NCBI GenBank assembly: GCA_010405405.1
Contig: MU004236.1
Location: 2,300,070-2,364,069 of the forward strand
DNA: 64,000 nt
Direction: 5' to 3'
From: Microthyrium microscopicum
Taxonomy: Eukaryota
A program made the position numbers and the translations under genes. Positions 25,037 to 37,654 of the stretch are shown piece by piece; the stretch's first letter is position 1, and each line of letters opens with the position of its first letter. Below the pieces are notes generated by a model. The model ran no database searches, was not told the DNA's origin, and saw only the letters and a list, made by a program, of their open reading frames with translations.

Positions 25037-27936
25037 ATGGTGAAGTAAGTTAATACTCGACGAAAATTCTCTGGATAGCGCATATGGTGCCTGCTTTGAG
25101 CCTCGAGCGTGAGCTCTGCTGTTTGCGCTGCCCAGAGAGCTCAGTATTCTAGTTGTGCTATGGAACCTTGCTGACATATATCACAGCTTCACAGTCGAAG
25201 AGGTATGCGATACCGCCATCCATCACGATCCCCTTCAATAATCTTGCAATAATATACTGACTATGTTTAATAAAGATCCGTGAGCTCATGGACAAGGCTG
25301 CCAATGTCCGGAACATGTCCGTCATTGCGCATGGTATGCAGCCACCTGCAAACTTAGTTTCGAGAGCTTGGGCTAATTTTATTGACCACAGTCGACCATG
25401 GAAAGTCCACGCTCACCGACTCTCTTGTTCAGCGTGCCGGTATTATTTCGGCCGCCAAAGCTGGCGAGGCTCGATTTACCGATACTCGCGCCGACGAGCA
25501 GGAACGTGGTGTAACCATCAAGTCCACTGCCATCTCCCTATATGCCCAATTAAAGGAAGAGGAGGACTTGAAGGAAATTCCCTTCAAGGTCGAGAAGAAC
25601 GATTTCTTGATCAATCTCATCGACTCCCCCGGTCACGTTGATTTCTCTTCTGAAGTTACTGCTGCTCTCCGTGTCACTGACGGTGCTCTCGTTGTCGTCG
25701 ACACCATCGAAGGTGTGTGCGTGCAAACCGAGACTGTGCTTCGTCAAGCTCTTGGTGAGCGTATCAAGCCTGTCGTCATCATCAACAAGGTCGATCGTGC
25801 ACTGCTCGAACTCCAGCTTGAGAAGGAAGATCTTTTCCAGAATTTCTCTCGTGTCATTGAGTCCGTCAACGTCGTTATCTCTACATATTTCGACAAATCT
25901 CTTGGTGATGTCCAAGTCTACCCAGACAAGGGTACCGTGGCCTTCGGCTCTGGTCTCCATGGATGGGCCTTCACAATTCGCCAATTCGCTGCGAGATACG
26001 CCAAGAAGTTTGGTGTTGACAAGAACAAGATGATGAGCCGTCTTTGGGTAAGTGATACTTGAACGTAAATCTGTTCCACCCCGTTGCTAACAGCTTACAG
26101 GGTGACCAATGGTTCAATCCAAAGACCAAGAAGTGGACTACAACTGCCCCAGACGGTGTTGAACGTTCCTTCAACTCCTTTGTTCTTGATCCAATCTACA
26201 AGATTTTCAATGCGGTCATGAACGTCAAGAAGGACGAAGTCTTGAAGCTCGTTAATGCCCTTGACATCAAGCTTACCAACGACGAGAAAGACCTCGAAGG
26301 CAAGGCTCAGCTCAAGGTCGTTATGCGAAAGTTCCTCCCAGCTGCTGATGCTCTTTTGGAAATGATGATTCTCCATCTCCCATCACCTGCTCAAGCTCAA
26401 AAATACCGTATGGAGACGCTATACGAGGGTCCCCACGACGACGAGGCCGCCATCGGTATCCGAGACTGCGATCCCAAGGGACCTCTCATGCTTTACGTCT
26501 CCAAGATGGTACCGACATCTGATAAGGGTCGTTTCTATGCTTTCGGTCGTGTTTTCTCTGGTACTGTCCGCTCTGGTCTCAAAGTCCGTATCCAAGGTCC
26601 ACATTATACTCCTGGTAAGAAGGACGATTTGTTCATCAAGGCTGTTCAACGTACTATTCTCATGATGGGTCGTTTCATTGAACCTATCGAGGATGTCCCT
26701 GCTGGAAACATTTGCGGTCTTGTCGGAATCGATCAGTTCCTCCTCAAGTCTGGTACTCTCACTACCTCAGAGACTGCCCACAATCTCAAGGTCATGAAAT
26801 TCTCCGTTTCCCCTGTCGTGGAACGCTCCGTCGAGGTCAAGAACGCCAACGATTTGCCCAAGCTGGTCGAAGGTCTCAAGCGTCTTTCAAAGTCAGATCC
26901 ATGTGTCCTCACATACATCAATCCTTCTGGTGACCATATTGTGGCTGGTGCTGGTGAGCTACATTTGGAAATCTGCTTGAAGGATCTTGAGGAGGACCAC
27001 GCTTGCGTGCCTCTCAAGTTCTCCGACCCAGTCGTACAATATCGCGAGTCAGTTGGTGGGATTTCAAGTATTACCGCTCTGTCCAAGTCGCCCAACAAGC
27101 ACAATCGTCTTTATGTCACTGCTCAACCACTCGAGGAGGAGGTCTCCAAGGCTATTGAAGAGGGAAAGATTGGGCCCCGTGATGATTTCAAGGCTCGCGC
27201 TCGTATCCTTGCTGATGAGCACGGCTGGGATGTTACTGATGCCCGTAAGATTTGGTGCTTTGGCCCAGATACTAGCGGCCCCAATCTGTTCGTCGATCAA
27301 ACCAAGGCTGTGCAATACCTCAACGAAATCAAGGACTCTGTCGTCTCTGGTTTCTCTTGGGCAACTCGCGAGGGACCAGTTGCTGAAGAACCCCTCCGAT
27401 CGACTCGTTTCAACCTTCTAGATGTTACCCTCCACGCCGACGCTATCCATCGTGGAGCTGGTCAAATCATGCCTACCTGCCGTCGTGTACTTTACGCATC
27501 TATGCTGTTGGCTAAGCCAGCTATCCTTGAACCTGTTTATCTTGTCGAGATCCAGGTTCCAGAACAAGCCATGGGTGGTATCTATGGTGTGCTCACTCGC
27601 CGTCGTGGTCACGTCTTCGAGGAGGCTCAACGCCCAGGAACTCCTCTTTACAACATCAAGGCATACTTGCCCGTCAACGAGTCTTTCGGTTTCGTCGCCG
27701 ATCTCCGACAAGGTACAGGTGGACAAGCATTCCCACAGTCCGTGTTCGATCATTGGCAGATCCTGCCAGGTGATCCAACAGACAAGGCCACCAAATCCGG
27801 TCAAGTCGTGGAGGCAATGCGTATCAAGAAGGGTCTTAAGCCAGATGTTCCAGATTACACCAACGTAAGTTTTGACACAATACTAATTCGTGAATTCTTT
27901 CATACTAACATGTTCCAGTACTACGACAAGCTATAG
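25037..27936 (+). CDS. EFT2: Translation elongation factor eEF2; 5 introns
   Basis: MVN/FTVEE/IRELMDK...[46 protein letters not shown], diphthamide loop [10 protein letters not shown]-terminal YYDKL. Confidence 0.98.
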
Positions 27937-28376
27937 AGATAGACTGTTCCGATCTTTGAATCAACATTCTTTCTTGCGCTGTGTTTAGGTGCATCCGTAG
28001 AAAATTGGCTTTGCGCAAGGTAATGGAAAAGGGCAACAAAGTCCAGTGACCTGAGCTTTGTTGTTCCAAAGCAAATGAGGCCACGAGCTCGGAAATGTTC
28101 TAAGCTGTCGGGTTGGGTGGTCTGTAGGAAGTGCTCAAAAGATTGCATGTTATAGTATGAATCAAGTTGTTTTGTTTGACTTTGCAGTAGTTTGGTCCAT
28201 TAGATCATTCATTTAATGATCCGTTCAGTCTTCATGAAAATCCAAGTGAGCTTTTGTATAGGGGGTATAAAGTCTTATTAGAACGCAAAGCGCCAAAGAA
28301 CAACGCCAAAAACCAACCTGATGAGCACCAAATCCTGGATCTTAGGGAGCTCTGATCCCGTTCAATAAAGCGATTC

Positions 28377-29238
28377 TCATTGAACTTCTTTATTAACACC
28401 CTCCCTCGCCTTTTTCTCTTTCAGAGCATTCTTATACATCTGCCTCAACCCAAGCGTCACCCTCTCCCTATCCCGCCGTCGAGTCAATATCGGGCCTGGC
28501 AGTGCCCTCTTCACCACCCCACCCACATCACTCAGTCCCACCAGGGGCACTTCCATCGCCAACTCCCTTTGCATCATACTCCCCTCTACCCTAAACGGTC
28601 CCCAATACGGCGCCGCCCACTCTCTCAACTCTGCCCGCTGCTCGCCTCGCCACGCCGCGCTCGTCATACGCACTTGTACGTCTGTTTGCGCGTCTACGTC
28701 TGTAGCGTCAATTGCTTGTCTTTTCTTCGCGGCGGCCTCTTCCTCTGCTTCACTACCTTCGGGTGGGTTCACGTCGAAGCGGAGGGAGCGTGTGCTGCGG
28801 TAGATGTTGGTCGGTGATGCGCGGGGAGGCGCTTTGGGCGCGGGAGATAGGGAGAGGGGATTTGGTGGGTTGGAGGGGGTAGTTTGAAAGGGCCAGTGGA
28901 GGGAGACGGGATCGAAGGGGCGGCGTTGGATGGTGAGGTTCTTGGGGGTTGATTGGCGGAGACGGGTGGCGGAGGAGGCGTCGCGGTATATTATGAGGTA
29001 GTTGTTGGGTTGGTCGATGGTGCGGTTATACTAGAGGCGGAATTTGCGTCAGTTATGGGAATGTGAGAGAGCTGCTGGTGGGAGTGTTTACGTGGAGAGA
29101 TTTGAAATAGAGGATGTCGCCGAATGTTTGCAGGTGGTGGTATATTTGGCGGCGTTCGGCGAGATTGAGGGGTTTGGGGAGTATGGTTAGGCGGAGGGAG
29201 TTGGCGGCGAAGAATTGGGACTTTGCGGTGGTGGCCAT
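28377..29238 (-). CDS. Fungal hypothetical protein; 1 intron
   Basis: Exon 1 MATTAKSQFF...LTILPKPLNLAERRQIYHHLQTFGDILYFKSLH splices (GTAAAC...CTGAC...TAG) into a frame continuous with ORF 28377-28772. Confidence 0.7.
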
Positions 29239-31729
29239 TAGGGCGATTTTTGGGAATCGATTGTCGTCAGTTAAGGATCCTGTGATAGAAACTTTGGTGT
29301 TGAGTTCAGTTGACATCAATGGGTTCAAATGCCGATCATCGATGTGCACGAGCGCGGAAAGCTTGGATCATTCGGGCCGAAGTACTTGACAGGGGAGCTC
29401 CGATTCTGGTCATCAGGATCTTGATTCGAGGTTCAGATCTCTGGTTCATTGTTTCCTTCTTGAGATTTTGTTGAATTCCTCATCAGTGCTGAAGCCTCAA
29501 GTCATCATCGTGCTGTGCGCTGACTGTGGCTGAATGAAATTTTCCAGAAACCCCAGAGTGTTATTTCAGATTACTGGCCTTTCAGAAGCTGTGTAGTTAC
29601 AATTTTCATTTTGGTGCAAAGAAACACGAGAAAAGTGGCCAATGGTCGTTCAATATCATCAACCAGTAAGTGAGACATGGCGATCCTTCAGCCTTACCGC
29701 CAGCCTCGTTATTTCGAATAGTTCCCAACTACTTGGGTTCTTTTCAACAACCAAAAGGGTTGGCTGTCGACGTGGGCAAGCAAAATTGTCCTCTTCATTC
29801 TCTATCCATATTGTTGTCCTCGTCTGACTCGATCCATCATCCATCCACGCGCTCTGATTCGTGCTTTGTGTCTTCAATAGGCCAGGGGGCCTAAAGCGTT
29901 GATTTGGTGATTATTGATGTTCACAAGGCACGATCAGTGGCTTTCATCAGCTCTAGCGCGAATCTGTTAAGAGATAGTTCGTGGTGGCAAGCGTTGAATC
30001 GTTGTAAGCGAGCTTTCGTTTAGATTAAGCTTACAGGTAAGATGGGTGATACTGAGGTCCAAGTCTCATTGGATACTTTAATTATCACACCGTTTAGGCT
30101 TTGAGAAATGTGGAGCAGCTGAGAATAGGCTCTAACTTCTCAGAAGCCGAACCTTTTCGCAAATACTAGGAGTCCTCTTTGCAAGATGCAACATGTCTTT
30201 CAATCCATTGGCTATCCATGTCTACGTCAATTCGTCAGCTCGCGCGTATAATTTGGTGGCTGATGTCCCTTTTTTCCTGGCAAGAAAGAACATAATCCGC
30301 TCTACAATTCTTTTGAAGGACTAGCGCTAGATTGGCGAATGATCCTTTGCAGGACGACTAGTACTAGTATCACGGGCTTCTTCCAACTAAACAGGTGTAA
30401 TAGCGGATGGGTAGCGTGTCGACCACGAGGTCATTTGGTATCTATAATCTGTAATGAAACGGTAGCTATCTATGGATGCCAACGTCTGCATCTAGGTCAA
30501 TTGATATGGACACCATTCGCTGTCAGAGACGAAGCACACCAGGTCCGTTCTACTTCAGACATAAATGTCTTCTGCAATAACAAACCACCAGATGGCTTAT
30601 GACGATAAAGGCTAGCGGGCTGCGCAATGCGGAATATTTGCTAACATTCCAATTACCCCGACACCCTGCACAGCTTTCAAAAGACTCAAGAGTTTTGTCG
30701 TCCACCTCCCAATGAGCGGCAATACTGATCGGCTTAGCAATAGTTTTAGCAATAGAACCTGTTGACTAGCCATTCGCGCAGGATCGTATCAATTTAAAAG
30801 CATCACCAGGTATTGAGCGCATACCTCCATCAGACTAACAAACTCCCTAGATACAATGTCACCAGATAAGACATCGAATTCCACAAGAGCATGACAATAA
30901 TCTTCCGTGGCTGGCTGCGACTCTGCGAGGCAGTCACTCACAAAGAATGCACCAGCCATGAGGTTGGATCTAAACTTTGTACCAGGCGAATTAGCTCACA
31001 GCATCGCCAATTGAACACCGCGGCTCAAGTCCTCGCAAGCTGAAAATCTAGACGATATGTAAGAGTTGGGGTTGGTCAAATATGCACCATTACTTTTTGG
31101 TGCGTAACACCCATCCAGCTGGGATATTTGCCACTCTGATAGGTTCGAGTGTAAATGATGCACTCCGCACTGCTGCAGGTCTAGGACGCACGGTTAAAAG
31201 CGGTCGCATGCATTTCTGCCCACGAGGCTGCGACAAAGAGACGGCTGGTAGTAGGCAAATTCCATCTAAACAGGAAATTTCGATCCTTCGAGCGGGATTG
31301 TGCTGCCCAAAGGACTGGTGGTTTGTCAAATACCTGACAGAGACACTTGATCTTAGAGTAATGAGATGGCCCCCAAAGGAACATCTTATTCTTTGTGCAC
31401 TGACAGGGAAGTATTAAGTCAGGTTGATTCATAGATTATAAATTATTTTACATATATTGGTGGGGTTTGGCCCGTCTTTACGGCCATGGCTTGCATGGCT
31501 AAATCCAAAGCCTGGATATCATATCTGCGGTTCCAGACAGCTGGAAGCTGGAAGTGTGTGTGATGCTCGAAGAATGAACCTTGTGCTTGCTCTCGTTTGG
31601 ATTCGGACCCCTTTGAGTTGCCTCGTTGAATCCTTCCGGTGTTGCTAGACTAGTTCTCCAGCTCCGTCCCGCAGTTGTACTGGTTAGCTCTCCAGTGGGA
31701 CCAACGAATGGGCCTCAAGAAGCTGGCTT

Positions 31730-31888
31730 TCAAGGAGAGGGACTATGTTCAGGACAGAGAAAGCCCACGTAGAGGATGGTGATAGTGATTCCGTGTCCAG
31801 GCTGGCCCCAGAGGGAGCAGCGATCGACCTCATGGGTATGATAGTGACAGTGACATACGGCATACCGTTCGACAATCTGTATGCACAT
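31730..31888 (-). CDS. 52-aa Cys/His-rich microprotein, below the ORF-track cutoff
   Basis: MCIQIVERYAVCHCHYHTHEVDRCSLWGQPGHGITITILYVGFLCPEHSPSP*. TATAAA at 32029-32024 and a 49-nt 5'UTR intron 31962-31914 (GTGAGT...GCTGAC...CAG). Confidence 0.75.
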   Translation of the reverse strand: MCIQIVERYAVCHCHYHTHEVDRCSLWGQPGHGITITILYVGFLCPEHSPSP

Positions 31889-33037
31889 GCTGAGTTGTGT
31901 CTAGGCTTGTCCTCTGGCAGCGTCAGCCATCAAAAGTGCATCTTTGATTGAATGGTACTCACAATGCTGGGTTGAAGGTGCGAGCTTTGTAAGCTTCTGG
32001 AGCTGAAAGGAATTGGAGGCTCCTTTATATGTTCTTGTTACTCGGGGGTTGGAAAACATGAAAGATGTAGGTCCTGAGTCTTGGTGGTGGTTATGGTCCC
32101 TGGAGGTTGAACTGGACTACTTGTGACTTATAAGGTGCCTTTGGCTTTGTGCCCGAAGGCTTGGATAGGAGCTTGAAGACCTTACCGCTGCTGGCACAGC
32201 CTTACGCCCACGCTATGAAGATCCAAACCATTGAGCGATCAGATTAACGTCTTGCGGGTGGTCCCGGTAAGAGTGGATCTTCTGTCCAGCAGCGTTAAAG
32301 CAAACCAGACATCTTGTGAGGCTTGCATCTTTGTGGCAGAAGTGTCGCATACAGATACTTGGGCACTAGCTTTCCAAAATCTTGGCTTATGTAGGTGGCC
32401 GAGCTCATATCTTAGTACCAGTCGTTGACAGCTCATAAGGCTGCGGAAACTATTTGAAAACGGCCACTTTACCTACATCTGATTCGGGGACATTCTTCAG
32501 CCCTCCACAGCGCGTGTGTTTTCCGCCATATATATGGCGGCAAGCCACTGCATTCTGGCTAGCAAGAGCGCCAACATAATAGGACGACGCACTGCCCTAC
32601 AGCCAACAAGGAGAAATATCTTTTTCTCTGTATCTCTTGCTATGCCAATCGTCGTCGACGAGCGCGTTGAGCAGACTAGACACTCATTCCACATCTTGAA
32701 ACTCTTTGTGCTGGGGGACTTTGATTTGCTCATCTTTTCATTTCGATCTTTGCGCCGCCTGGAAGCCTCCGAACCTTAGGTATCTTATGATGAAAGGATT
32801 GTCGACAAGGCATACACCAAATCTGCTCCGGTAAGACGAATGTGGCAGCCGCATACAAAGAACAAATGCTCACCTCGGGTACGAGAGGCTGTCAATCATC
32901 TCAGCTGCAACTGTAGCGCCGTGTTGATTTAGTCAATACTTCTCTGGCATTTGCAGAGGGCTCTGTACAATCAACCATCTCAAGGTATGAGCTACGTTGA
33001 GCGACAATGACGAAATTGACATAAGGGCGAGAACGAA

Positions 33038-35353
33038 TCATTGATTAAACGCCATCATTGAGACGACATACCGCAGAGACTGGCGCTTCAGCGTTGTCTC
33101 AACGACGTGCCCACATGGTAAGGGCAGCTGATGTGTATCTCCAAACCTACTGCTAAGAAGTTGCTTATCTAGGAGATCGAGATATCGACTATACTTACTC
33201 GAACTCGCACTTGAAGGGCTCGCCTTTGAGTCAACGTTAGCTACCACGAAGCACCACGCTCCCGCCTTTTCCCTTAACCCGAAATACAATATCAACGAGC
33301 TCCCTTTACAGGGGTGGCTAAACAGACAAGTACCGGCAGATCCCACATGATCGAGTCCTACTCCTGGCCTGATTGGAGGCGTAGAGACGAATACATCAAC
33401 CGTTGGAGATGCAATCTGCTCCTGAAAGCCACTGGGATTCGTCTCGTGTGGGAAGTAGTCCATGACAACATCTTTCTTGTCGAATAATTTAGAGTCATGG
33501 TAGATAACAAACGTGTCATGCCTCTGGCTCAATGTCGCTGGATCCACCTGAGAGATATTCATTGGCTCTCTTACATACTTCCCAGATCGTATCAGATGGA
33601 AGTTCTTGTTCTTGGAAAGATATGGTGCAACTCGACGGAAGTGGCCCATTCTATGAGGAACGATGGAGATTCCACGTTCTTCCTCTGCCTCTAGGTAGAG
33701 ACCTACAGGACATCGCTTGTCGCCATAGGTCAAGTCGAGGCAGGCGAGGTTTTGTTTGAGGCGTGACTTTTGCATGATGCTTCCACTTTCTTGTCGAACT
33801 AATAGAGCAATTTCGAGCCCGTGAGGTCCAAGTTGGGGCGACGGGTATATCTTGTCTGTAGAGCTTTTCGAAATCGCAAAATCGTCGCAAGCTATGTTGG
33901 ATAGATTACCTGCCATGGGAGAAAATCGGCGATATAGTCCAGCAATGCGGTTGCCGTCAAGAATAGTTTCAGATAGGTTTGGTGTTTGTCCTGTGTTCAC
34001 CCATTGATGGCAGAGAGTGTGTCCACAGAATGCTGATGGTGATGTTGCTAAAAGTCCAAGATTACCCGCTTCATGCTTTGGGGCCCATAGAAAGACTATA
34101 AGACATGTTAGTGTCTGAAAAATGCGATAAAACAATGTTGCAGTCAGCAGTATAGCTGGCGTGCCCTCATCATGGTCGTCATATTCTGTCGCTCTTGCTG
34201 GTCAGGTCCTACATTATCTTGCTCCGCTTCTGATAGATTTGAAGCGCTTTAAGCGATAATGAAAGGTAGATGTCTTACTTGTTTGATCTGACGTTCGTCT
34301 TATGATCTCCTGCTGAAGTCGAATGAAAGCGCTTGCAACACCTTCCCCATAAATAGGAGGCATGTTTACACCGAATATCCCCATCAAAGAATATGCCATA
34401 TCCTCGCCGCGGGTCGTCCGTCGTTGAGACGCCCAGGACATTCTCTCAGCTATATTCCGAAATAGGGGTGACGTTCCTTGTAGCACTTCCACATCAATGC
34501 CTGTGATTGTGAATAGAAGTTTCGCGGCCACAGTCTTGCTTGTAAGAAGATTCCATCCCTTGGAATAGAACCTTAGCGAAGTAGGGGCTATTAGCTCCTG
34601 CAATGTCCACCCTCTGGTGAACCATCTGCTTGCTCGCATTTCGAGCTCAAAATCGCCATCGTTATAGTCCACGTCGGAGAGGTAGGCGTAGCAGATTATG
34701 GCGTTCTGATAGTACACATACCTATATGCATTAGTCTATATGGACATCTGACCAAATTTCGGCAGTAGGTCATAGCCAACCAAACATCTGGTAAATGGCT
34801 GGAATGCCAGATTCCAGTGATGCTTAGTTGAAAGTTTCCAATGTGTCACAAAGACTATCTTACATGCTATTGATATTTTCAGTTAATTCAGCACTGCTCG
34901 TCTTGTCACTGGAAATCTATTAGTATGCAATCATTATGATAGTCCCCGTCTTCAACCAAAGCCTCTCGTTATCTCGAAATCTTATCCTGTCGGTTGCGAC
35001 AGAACAGGAATCCGCAAAGTTCAGCCAAAATGAGGATATTGCTAAATAAGTAACTTACATGCAGCATGTATCAACCCATATCCACTGAATATTGTCTTGT
35101 TCGGCAATCTGACAACTCTTTTTAATCTTTTGATATCCCTTTTTCGCTTCAGCATTCCCTGCTTGCACATCCTGGAAGGTAACCTCCTCATCTTCCCCTA
35201 GAGTTCGTCAGCGTAGCTCCTACTCAACTGACCTAGGTGTGAGCTCGTCTAGATGCACGGAAGAAGCGTACATGTATGTGAGAGAATAGCATATTCGGGA
35301 ACTTCGTTCATAAAGTCATGGATGGACCGATCGCTAGTGCTTAGGAGTCTCAT
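33038..35353 (-). CDS. HET-domain (heterokaryon incompatibility, PF06985-type) protein; 4 introns
   Basis: MRLLST...YAILSHTW/GEDEEVTFQD...WIWVDTCCI/DKTSSAELTENINSM/Y..CYAYLSDV...RWFTRGWTLQELIAP...RMSWASQRRTTRGEDMAYSLMGIFGVNMPPIYGEG. All splice phases are compatible. Confidence 0.92.
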
Positions 35354-35672
35354 TTTCAGCTTTAAGCCCAAACGACCAATAACTTCAAAACTGCGCTGAT
35401 AACATCGTAAGCGTCGGTAGGCGAATGCTTACTCACTCCTCACTGTTCAGCTCTTGGCACAAGATCAGATCTCTACATTCGCATTTGGGGGCGGGGCGAT
35501 GTAGATCGCGAGATAGGGCTAGACACTGTTAGCGCGGTTTGGGACAACCTCAACTCTTGATGCAATTTTGATACCATCAAAGCGACCATCAGACTACCTG
35601 TTAGTAATCCATAAAGTCCTCTCTTTCTCAGGCTTTTTCTCCGATTTTCAGCACGTTGCAACTAGAGCCTCA

Positions 35673-37529
35673 ATGGCACAAAATCCCCTGCCATATACCT
35701 ACTACTCATGTCCATGTGTCAACACGTCCGCGCCAGTTCCCATTTTGGCCGCAAATCGTAAACATTCTCGCGAACAACCCCCTACCGATACCACAGAATT
35801 CGACAATGAAGAGCAGACATTTGACTCACGGTCGCCCCGAGCAAATCTCAGTCTTGTACCTCTAGAACACTTACTATGGTGTACAGAATGTCATCAAATG
35901 CGCTGCGCGCGTTGTGTGCTGGAGGAAGTGCAATGCTGGTATTGTCCAGCATGCCTATTCGAAGTTCCCAGCAGCACTGTAAGAAGTGAGGGCAATAGGT
36001 AATACGTCAGAGCCCCGGCTGTATTTTGGACCAAGATTATGTGCTGACTTATGTTGTACAGATGTACAAGAAGTTGCTACAACTGTCCAATATGTACCTC
36101 ACCCTTGACCATCAATCCGATGGAGGATCCAAGACAGGAAGATAAACCCGAACATGCGACTGGCCCATTCATAATGATGTGCCCGTGGTGCAATTGGTCT
36201 TCGCTGGACTTGGGAATCAAGTTGGAAAAGGGCACCAATGTCACTGCGCAATTGGCAAAGATCCGCAATGGGCGCAAGGCTGGAAAAATCCAGGATGCTG
36301 AAGTTACGAGTCCAACTCAGGAACAACCACTATCACCACTGGCGATACAGCACAGTTCGATAGATGATGCTGAAGCAGAAGCCACATCACCCCGCCCTGA
36401 TATGCTCTCCACAGACCACGACGAACTGTTCACTCGTCTTCGCAATTTCTACCAACAACAAATCGTCGAATCCTCAGAAGCCTCCATGTTTGGCCCTTCA
36501 TTCTCCTCAACAGACGGCTTCTCCTCGCCCTCAGCCATATCCCGTCTCCTCAACATCTACACCGGCAAAAAGACCAAACGCACCAAACCTGTCCCCATGC
36601 GCGAAGCTCTATCCCCATCTGAAGGGCTCCACATCCACTCTCCCGCCGACGACACGGACTCCCTAACATGTCTCTCCACGACCCCTTGGCCGGACACAAC
36701 AACCACCGCCCAACGCGCCCTTCAACCCGGCGACCACGCCCCACCCTTCACATCCGATCTCTGGCCCATCGCCACCCTCCTCCGTACAAAACGCAGTAAA
36801 CGCTGCCGTGCCTGCCGAACCCTCCTCGCGCGTCCAGAAGCACGCATGAACTACCGCTGGCGCATCCGCACCCTAGCACTAAACCACATGCCCAAACTCA
36901 CTCTCCTCCCGCTCGCCACAACCACCACATCTTCTGGCGGCATGCCAACACTAGGTCCAGATCTAGGCACACCAGCACATATAGCGCAGCGTGCATCCCT
37001 CTCTGCGCCACTCCGGACGGGTCAAACACATACATATCTATTAACAACAGCAAATCCACTAGAAGACGTACTAAGCGTAACACTCGCCACACCGCCAACC
37101 ACACCAGGACGCGTAGGCACTAGAGTCACAATCTTATGTCCGCAATTTAGCGTAGGCAAGAACAGCGATGTCTGGGATGAGGCGTTGGGTGCACAGCCAG
37201 CAGCAGCTAGTAAGCGGCGTAGCGGTATGCCGAGTGGAATGCCGACGGTAGGCGAAGACGGAGCGCAAGCACGCGTGGCAGAGGCAGGGAAAGTATGGGC
37301 CAGTGGACGGAACTGGACGAGTGTGGTGGTGGAAGTTGTACCAGGCATGTTGCCCGAAGACGCCAGTGAGGAGGAAGCAGACTTGGAGATTGCGGTCTTT
37401 GTGCGCATCGAGTATGAGACGGACGCTGCTGGAGAAGAAAAGGCGGTAGCGGCAACGGCAAAGGAGAAGCGAGAGGAAGCGTTTTGGTGTGTGCTGGGCG
37501 TGGGCACAATACAGAGCACTTTCGCGTAG
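35673..37529 (+). CDS. DCTN4: Dynactin subunit p62 (DCTN4/ropy-2); 1 intron
   Basis: YTYYSCPC, LLWCTECHQMRCARC, WYCPACLFEVPSSTVRSEGNR/CTRSCYNCPICTSPL, LRTKRSKRCRAC and GRNWTSVVVEVVP. Confidence 0.92.
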
Positions 37530-37654
37530 CATCTTTATGAGCGAAGCAGGGCAGAGTATTACACTGCAAGAAATGAAATGTCAAGATGAATTAGATGGCT
37601 AGTTGACCATCAAAGTAATGTATTTTACGAAGGTTACGAAAGACGGACGTAATT

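Noticed and set aside
29400..31700. Short ORFs in the gene-poor stretch as a main ORF downstream of the microprotein
   Set aside because: I could not build a continuous spliced frame or find a protein motif.
35673..37529. Functional clustering of dynactin p62 with the candidate adaptor gene
   Set aside because: They are 19 kb and nine or more unrelated genes apart; proximity is most likely coincidental.
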